From contig JAJYSJ010000011.1 in assembly GCA_021793645.1 (NCBI GenBank), positions 22,515 through 86,514 of the forward strand: 64,000 nt of DNA, written 5' to 3'. The position numbers were made by a program, and so were the translations under genes. Every line of letters starts with the position of its first letter. Position 1 is the first letter of the stretch. Below the pieces are notes generated by a model. It made no database searches. It saw nothing but the letters and a program-made list of their open reading frames with translations, and had not been told where the DNA came from. The stretch comes from Bacillota bacterium (GTDB lineage Bacteria > Bacillota > Sulfobacillia > JAJZYS01 > JAJYTV01). This document shows positions 58,699-64,000 of this stretch, piece by piece.

Positions 58699-59613
58699 TC
58701 ACGCGATAAAGACTTGGCTCCGATGCCATTCCAGATGCTCTTGAGAGGGCTGTTCCGTCGCCGAAGACGGCACGACGATCCGGTGGCCGTGCCGCGCATA
58801 GTAGTCCCGGCCGTTGTGATAGTCGTCCTTCAGGCGCGGGCTTACGACGAACCGATAACCTTCGTCCACTGTGACGTAGCCGCGATCGAAGAGGATGTGC
58901 AGGTCCGCACGAAGCAGAAGCCCGTTGGCGACGTCGTGCGGTCCTCCATCCGCGAACGGCTTGATATGCGCCGCCTCGAGCACCGGCAACGTATGCTCTT
59001 TTGTCACGGCACATTGGCGCCCGTAGGCATCGGTGACCGCCACACGGAAGGCCCCCTGTCCCACGCGACGAAAGCCGATGCCCCAGTAGCCCCGCTCTCC
59101 GTACTCGGCCTGCTGCGCGCCAACCGGCACCGGCAAGGCCTCGAGCCTCTGTTCAACCTGCTCCCAGAGGTCTCTGCCAACCGCTTCGGATAATTCGTAG
59201 CCCTTGCCGCGGACGATGTTCGGGCTCCAGTCGGGCGGGGCAGGGATCCAGTCTGGTTCTGCGAAGAAAAAAGGCCTCTCCAGGATGATGCACCCGATCT
59301 CCGGGTCTAGGGAGGCCGTCCCGTGGCGGTAATGCTGGACCCGCGCCTGACACTCCGCACGGGACGCCGCACCGTTCTTGTCCCCGAAGGCTAGCCAAGC
59401 CATCGAGAGCGGCAACACGGAATACTTCGTGAAAAACCCGCCGCCGACGATGAAGTTCCGGGGCGCGTGCAGCTTGAAGAGAAACGGCTCACCGGGCGTG
59501 AGCGCCCGAAACCCGGTGCTCGACGAAGGCGTCCAGAAGTTGACCTCATCGGGCTGACGCTGGCTAAGGAACGTGTACCAATCGTGGTCCGTTATCCCCA
59601 CGAAGGTCTTCAT
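58699..59613 (-). CDS. HNH endonuclease, predicted restriction endonuclease
   Basis: C-terminal RVGQGAFRVAV..Y..CAVT..LEAAHIKP..NGLLLRADLHILFDRG; N-terminal ITDHDW..DEVNFW..FLFKL domain. Confidence 0.85.
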   Translation of the reverse strand: MKTFVGITDHDWYTFLSQRQPDEVNFWTPSSSTGFRALTPGEPFLFKLHAPRNFIVGGGFFTKYSVLPLSMAWLAFGDKNGAASRAECQARVQHYRHGTASLDPEIGCIILERPFFFAEPDWIPAPPDWSPNIVRGKGYELSEAVGRDLWEQVEQRLEALPVPVGAQQAEYGERGYWGIGFRRVGQGAFRVAVTDAYGRQCAVTKEHTLPVLEAAHIKPFADGGPHDVANGLLLRADLHILFDRGYVTVDEGYRFVVSPRLKDDYHNGRDYYARHGHRIVVPSSATEQPSQEHLEWHRSQVFIA

Positions 59614-59777
59614 CCGGCTCCTCACCCTTCCAGTCTTCCGCGACGCTGCAGACTTCCTGCGAACCGCGATGCGTGCGCCGACAGTTGGCATGTCCTATTC
59701 CATGGGCATACTGGAATCCCCTGTGCCAGGATGGACCCTTTTGGCCAGCCGCCGCACGGGCGGTCTCAACGGCGCCG

Positions 59778-61106
59778 TCAGGTGTGGACGTGCGGCGTCC
59801 CGATCTGAGAGAACCACTGCGCCACTGGGTTTACGCCCTGCTGGACGTCGCTCGCGGTGAGGGGCACGGGGATCCTCGGCATGAGCGCAGGGGTCACCTT
59901 GCCATTCAGGGCCTGGACGAACTCCATCGAGACCTGGTAGCCCATGATGCCGTCCGGCGTATCGAAGCCCTGCACGTTGCCCCACCCCCCGCTCGGCCAG
60001 CCGGTCGGCTGACCGACGAGGACTCCGTCGCTCGCCTCGCTGAGGGTTTCCGCGACGTCGACGCCAGAGCTGAAGGTGCTTGCGTTCGTGAGGACGTAGA
60101 CCGGGCCGGCAAAGGTGTCGGCGATCGGCGCCTGCGGACCGAAGTCGCCCGCATACTTCGGACGGATCGGCAGATGGGCGAGCAGCGCATCGGCAACGGC
60201 GGAGTTGCCACCGGGGTTATTCTGCAGGTCGATCACCACGTAATGGACGTGCGCAGCCCGCACCGCCTTGAAGAAGGCGTCGACCGCAGCCTTGTAGGCG
60301 GGCGTGTCGTTGCACTCCGTGAGCCAGAAGACGCCGTAGTCCGGCGTCAAGCGCCACGCGAAGAAGCTGCTTCCTTCCGGCTCCGGGAGGCCCGGCGGCG
60401 CCTCGAAGCGGTCGTCGAATGCCGCCTGCCCCAGGTAGTAGGCCTGGTACGTCTGCAGGTCGACGGGCACGAGCGCCATGGTCAGGCGATAGCGCGCGCC
60501 CGACGGACGCTCCAGCAGGAGCTGCACCTGCCCCTGGTGCACGAAGCCGAGCCAGCGCAGGATGGTGCCGAACGGGAGGTCCTCGCCGACGAGCGTCTTG
60601 ATCCACACAGCGCTGCCGCCGAAGAAGCGCTCGAATCTGCGCACGAGGTGTCCCTCTGGCACACCGCCGACCGCCAGGACGCGGTCACCCGTGTGCACTG
60701 CGGCGGGCGTTCCGCGCTCCCGGTAGACGATGAGGCCGCCCTTCGCCCAGTAGAAGCCCACCGGCAGGAGGTCCGCGTCGTAGTTCGGGCTGTAGTCGGC
60801 CCATAGCGTCGTGTGCGGGTCGTGCAGGTAATTGAGCACGAGGTCCTCGTCCTCGGCCAGCCGCCAGTACGGCAGAGGCTTCCGCACTCGTTTGGCGATG
60901 CTGCGGGCATAGGCCAGGTATTTCGATCGCAGCGCATTGTCGCCGATGAAGGCCGGATGGGTCGTGATGACCCGCCGGGCCGTCGCGATGAGATCCCTCT
61001 TCGACCACGGCACCGGCACCTGTTGGTCTGTATAAGAGACGTGCGGCACGCTCGCGCCCGCGACGACCACGAGCATCAACACGGCGAGCCAGGATCTGCT
61101 GCCCAA
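59778..61106 (-). CDS. Secreted S41-family peptidase
   Basis: Signal-like hydrophobic N-terminus, LHDPHT, PDZ-like GDRVLAVGG, IDLQNNPGG, TFSSG, VGQPTG; start TTG 61106 (or ATG 61145). Confidence 0.82.
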   Translation of the reverse strand: MGSRSWLAVLMLVVVAGASVPHVSYTDQQVPVPWSKRDLIATARRVITTHPAFIGDNALRSKYLAYARSIAKRVRKPLPYWRLAEDEDLVLNYLHDPHTTLWADYSPNYDADLLPVGFYWAKGGLIVYRERGTPAAVHTGDRVLAVGGVPEGHLVRRFERFFGGSAVWIKTLVGEDLPFGTILRWLGFVHQGQVQLLLERPSGARYRLTMALVPVDLQTYQAYYLGQAAFDDRFEAPPGLPEPEGSSFFAWRLTPDYGVFWLTECNDTPAYKAAVDAFFKAVRAAHVHYVVIDLQNNPGGNSAVADALLAHLPIRPKYAGDFGPQAPIADTFAGPVYVLTNASTFSSGVDVAETLSEASDGVLVGQPTGWPSGGWGNVQGFDTPDGIMGYQVSMEFVQALNGKVTPALMPRIPVPLTASDVQQGVNPVAQWFSQIGTPHVHT

Positions 61107-61500
61107 GCCGACCCCTCCCGTCGCCGTGCTCTGTCCGGCTGGCATTCTAGCCCAGCGGCAAGCCGTCGACAACGGCCGAGTGGTCGGACTTCCTGAAGTC
61201 TGGGGCGTAAGAACGCTCAAGCTCAGCTCGGACTGAGACCCAGATGCGAGACGCCCGCTCTGCCTCGACGCGACTGAGCGCCCTAGTACCGCGTCGCCGC
61301 GACCAACGGAGCGCCTCACGCTCCTGCGATAACGCCACAGGCAAAACCTCGTTCTCATTTCAGCGTTGCCGTAGCGTCTTGCTGCATCCAAACAATATTC
61401 CGTCAGAAGGATGCATCTCACGAAGTTGTCCCGCCGGCACGACGAAAGCGTGAAGGCAGGCCTGGGGCAGAAGCGAGGGCGCAAGGCAGCAGACCCTCTC

Positions 61501-62937
61501 TCAGGCGTCGATCCCTGCCATGCGCCGCGCGAGCGCCTTCTTGCCCTCGAAGTCGAAGTGTCGTGCGGCCGCCAGCTTCTCGGCCTCGAGCGAACCCTCG
61601 GCGTGCACCGCCAGCACGGCGTGATAGCCGGCGAGATCGGAGACCGCTAGATCCGTGACGAGGTAGAACGCCCGCAGCCTGTCGTCCGCGCTGCCTTGGG
61701 CGCCCCGCAGGTACTTGCGCAGCGCTGGCCCGACGTCCTCGCTCTGCAAATCGTCCCAACTCGGCGCCGTCACGAGCAGACCGCCCGCGACATCCTGCAC
61801 ATCCCGCAGTGCCTCGTGGAAGCCGTGGGCAAAATGGTATTTTGCCGTATTGACGGTCAGGGTATCCGGCACGAACACCCCAGGAGAGTCCGTACGGCCG
61901 GTGAGCGCCGAGGCCTCGAGGAGCTTTCGCACCGTTGCGGCGTACATCGCGAGCTGCGCGAGCTTGTCGCGGACGTGACCCGCCGTCTCGATGCCGTTCA
62001 GTTCCGCTAGGAGACTCGCCGACCCGACGAGGAGATCAAGAAGCGGCAGTTTGTACGCGACGGCCGTGAAGCGGTGAAAGTCTACGAACGAGAGCGCGAG
62101 GGGCCCAGCGAATTCCACCTCCCCCGCAAGGAAGACCTGCTCCCACGGCACAAAGACGTCGTCGAACCAGGTGAACGTCTCGACCATCTTGTGGCTGGCG
62201 CTTAGCGGGTGCTCGATCTCGCTGCGGCGTGATGAGAGGTAGGGGCTCGCGACGAGGCTTAGCCCCTCCACGTCGATCGGGACCCAGAAGCTCAGGGCAT
62301 AGTCCTCCTCGCCCGGCCGCATCGCCCGCGTCGGCACGACGATGAGGGCGTTCGCGTTCATTGAGACCGAGGTGTGGACTTTGGCGCCACGGACGACGAT
62401 GCCGTCTGGGCGCCGCTCGACTATGCGCAGGTACTGGTCGGGGTCTGGCTGGTCCTTCGGCCCGAGGCTGCGGTCACCCTTGGTGTCGGTCTGGGCCACC
62501 GCGAGCGCCCAGTCCTCGTGGCGAGCGCGCTCGAGCAGCGCCCGCACCCGCCCGAGGTACCCGGTACCCTTCGCTCCATCGCAAGCGCTCGCCACGCGCA
62601 GGAGGGCGAAGATGGCGTCCGTACCGATCTCATGGATCAGCGTGACGACGGTGCGCCCTTCGGTCGTCGCCGCCTCGATCGCCCGCATGCGCAAGAGGAG
62701 GTCCTCCGGGCCCTGCGGTACGCGGTAGAATCGGCTGATCGGCTCGCCGCCCTCCTCGGTTGTGAAGAGATCGCGATACCGCGGGTCCTCGGCGAGCTGG
62801 TAGTCGATGGCCGCGTGGTCGATCGCCTTGCGCAGTACCGGGTGCTCCGTGACGTCCGCGACCCAACTCCCGCGGAACATCACCCTACGTCCGTCGCGCA
62901 GGCTTCTCCTGTACTCGTCTGCTGTCCTGAGTCCCAT
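61501..62937 (-). CDS. 4-hydroxyphenylacetate 3-hydroxylase / 4-hydroxybutyryl-CoA dehydratase superfamily flavoprotein
   Basis: MGLRTADEYRRSLRDGR, AQTDTKGDRS, DGIVVRGAKVH, FDDVFVPWE, HAEGS. Confidence 0.85.
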   Translation of the reverse strand: MGLRTADEYRRSLRDGRRVMFRGSWVADVTEHPVLRKAIDHAAIDYQLAEDPRYRDLFTTEEGGEPISRFYRVPQGPEDLLLRMRAIEAATTEGRTVVTLIHEIGTDAIFALLRVASACDGAKGTGYLGRVRALLERARHEDWALAVAQTDTKGDRSLGPKDQPDPDQYLRIVERRPDGIVVRGAKVHTSVSMNANALIVVPTRAMRPGEEDYALSFWVPIDVEGLSLVASPYLSSRRSEIEHPLSASHKMVETFTWFDDVFVPWEQVFLAGEVEFAGPLALSFVDFHRFTAVAYKLPLLDLLVGSASLLAELNGIETAGHVRDKLAQLAMYAATVRKLLEASALTGRTDSPGVFVPDTLTVNTAKYHFAHGFHEALRDVQDVAGGLLVTAPSWDDLQSEDVGPALRKYLRGAQGSADDRLRAFYLVTDLAVSDLAGYHAVLAVHAEGSLEAEKLAAARHFDFEGKKALARRMAGIDA

Positions 62938-62983
62938 GAGATTCCCCTCCTACCCCAAGATGCGCGCAATGATCGCGGTTCCC

Positions 62984-63409
62984 TCAGCGTGCGCCGAAGT
63001 GGTTTTGCGGTTCGCCGTCCGCACGGCGGATGGCAAACGTGCCCCGTGCCTGCCCGACGAGGCGGCCCGCGGCATCCCAGACATCCCCCGACACAAAATG
63101 CAAGCGTTGACCTCTACGCGTCGTCCAGCCTTGCGCGTGCAACGTGCCCGGTATGGACACGGCTTCAAGAAAGTCGATCTGCATGCTTACGGTCGCGACG
63201 CTGCGTACGCCCTCGACCGACCAGGACGCGTAGGCCATCGCGATGTCGAGCAGGGTGGCTATGACGCCACCGTGCAGATAGCAATCCGGATTGGCGTACG
63301 CCTGCTCCAACTCCAAGAGGAAGTGCGATTCGCCTGGCTGTGACTCGAGCGCCTGAATCCCCAGCAGATCCCGGAAGGGATTCGGCAGCGAGATGCTCCC
63401 TTCGGACAA
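62984..63409 (-). CDS. PaaI-family (hotdog) thioesterase
   Basis: NP..LHGGVIATLLDIAM, ATVSMQIDFL. Confidence 0.85.
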   Translation of the reverse strand: MSEGSISLPNPFRDLLGIQALESQPGESHFLLELEQAYANPDCYLHGGVIATLLDIAMAYASWSVEGVRSVATVSMQIDFLEAVSIPGTLHAQGWTTRRGQRLHFVSGDVWDAAGRLVGQARGTFAIRRADGEPQNHFGAR

Positions 63410-63430
63410 CCATGATCCTCCTTCCAGCGG

Positions 63431-64000
63431 TCAGCCCTTGCCGGCCGTACTCCCCTGCGCAAGCCTCCGCAGCTCGTCCTTGCGTACTTTTCCGGTTCCG
63501 GTCTTCGGGAGTTCCTCGAGCAGGTAGATCTTCTTGGGCTGCTTGAAGCGAGCCAGCTTCCCCTGCAAAAAGGCGTGGATCTCCTCCACCTTCAGAGCCG
63601 CCCGAGGAACGACGAAGGCGACGGGGACCTCGTTCCAGCGCGGATCGGGAACACCGACCACCCCGACGTCCAGCACCCCAGGATGCGACAGGATCGCATT
63701 CTCGACCTCGACTGGTGCGATGTTCTCGCCGCCGCTGATGATCAGGTCCTTCTTGCGATCAACCACACGTATCGCGCCCGACCGAGCTACGACGCCGAGG
63801 TCGCCGGTGTGCAGCCATCCGCCAACCATGGCGGCCTCCGTATCCGCCGGACGCCGCCAGTACCCTGCCATGACCGAATTCCCGCGCGCGACGATCTCGC
63901 CAAGCGTCGCACCGTCCCGCGGCACCGGTTGCCCGCTGTTGTCGACCACGCGAAGCTCTGCCGAAGGCACCGGCAGACCCCAATCGACTCCTTGCGGCAC
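63431..64000 (-). CDS. Acyl-CoA synthetase (AMP-forming), C-terminal part (truncated by window end)
   Basis: GEIVARG, GWLHTGDLG, DRKKDLIISGGENI, LPKTGTGKV. Confidence 0.92.
   Translation of the reverse strand: MPQGVDWGLPVPSAELRVVDNSGQPVPRDGATLGEIVARGNSVMAGYWRRPADTEAAMVGGWLHTGDLGVVARSGAIRVVDRKKDLIISGGENIAPVEVENAILSHPGVLDVGVVGVPDPRWNEVPVAFVVPRAALKVEEIHAFLQGKLARFKQPKKIYLLEELPKTGTGKVRKDELRRLAQGSTAGKG

Noticed and set aside
1-64000. tRNA, rRNA, transposase or prophage genes
   Set aside because: None were recognised on either strand

Overview
A 64-kb window from a high-GC bacterium, most likely a Bacillota member (T-box leader, clostridial-type ilv/leu gene order, Gram-positive-style lipoproteins), dominated by nitrogen-compound catabolism. 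From left to right: (1) the 3' end of mmsA; (2) a partly decayed operon downstream of a PucR-family gene (MFS, PuuE-like deacetylase, C45 hydrolase, two SDRs, and pseudogenes of two M20 hydrolases, a tartrate/isopropylmalate dehydrogenase and a second MFS); (3) a visibly more AT-rich segment with an amide/urea-type ABC transporter, a small GatC/AtzG-like protein and an amidase; (4) gabT-gabD-acuI; (5) a variant ectoine/hydroxyectoine catabolic operon (eutC ... eutD eutB) with no recognisable eutE, doeD or enuR; (6) an RpiR-DmpA-APC-class III aminotransferase unit converging on an APC-acetamidase unit; (7) a T-box-controlled ilvN-ilvC-leuACDB-ilvB-ilvD operon; (8) a sigma70 promoter and c-di-GMP-I riboswitch ahead of a scrambled array of up to four cassettes, each pairing the tail of a secreted Ig-like/FIMAH-like protein with a polymorphic membrane protein; (9) an HNH nuclease, an S41 peptidase, and a CoA ligase-thioesterase-HpaB/AbfD-family cluster whose flavoenzyme lacks the AbfD Fe-S cysteines. 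All calls come from reading motifs by eye; no database searches were run.
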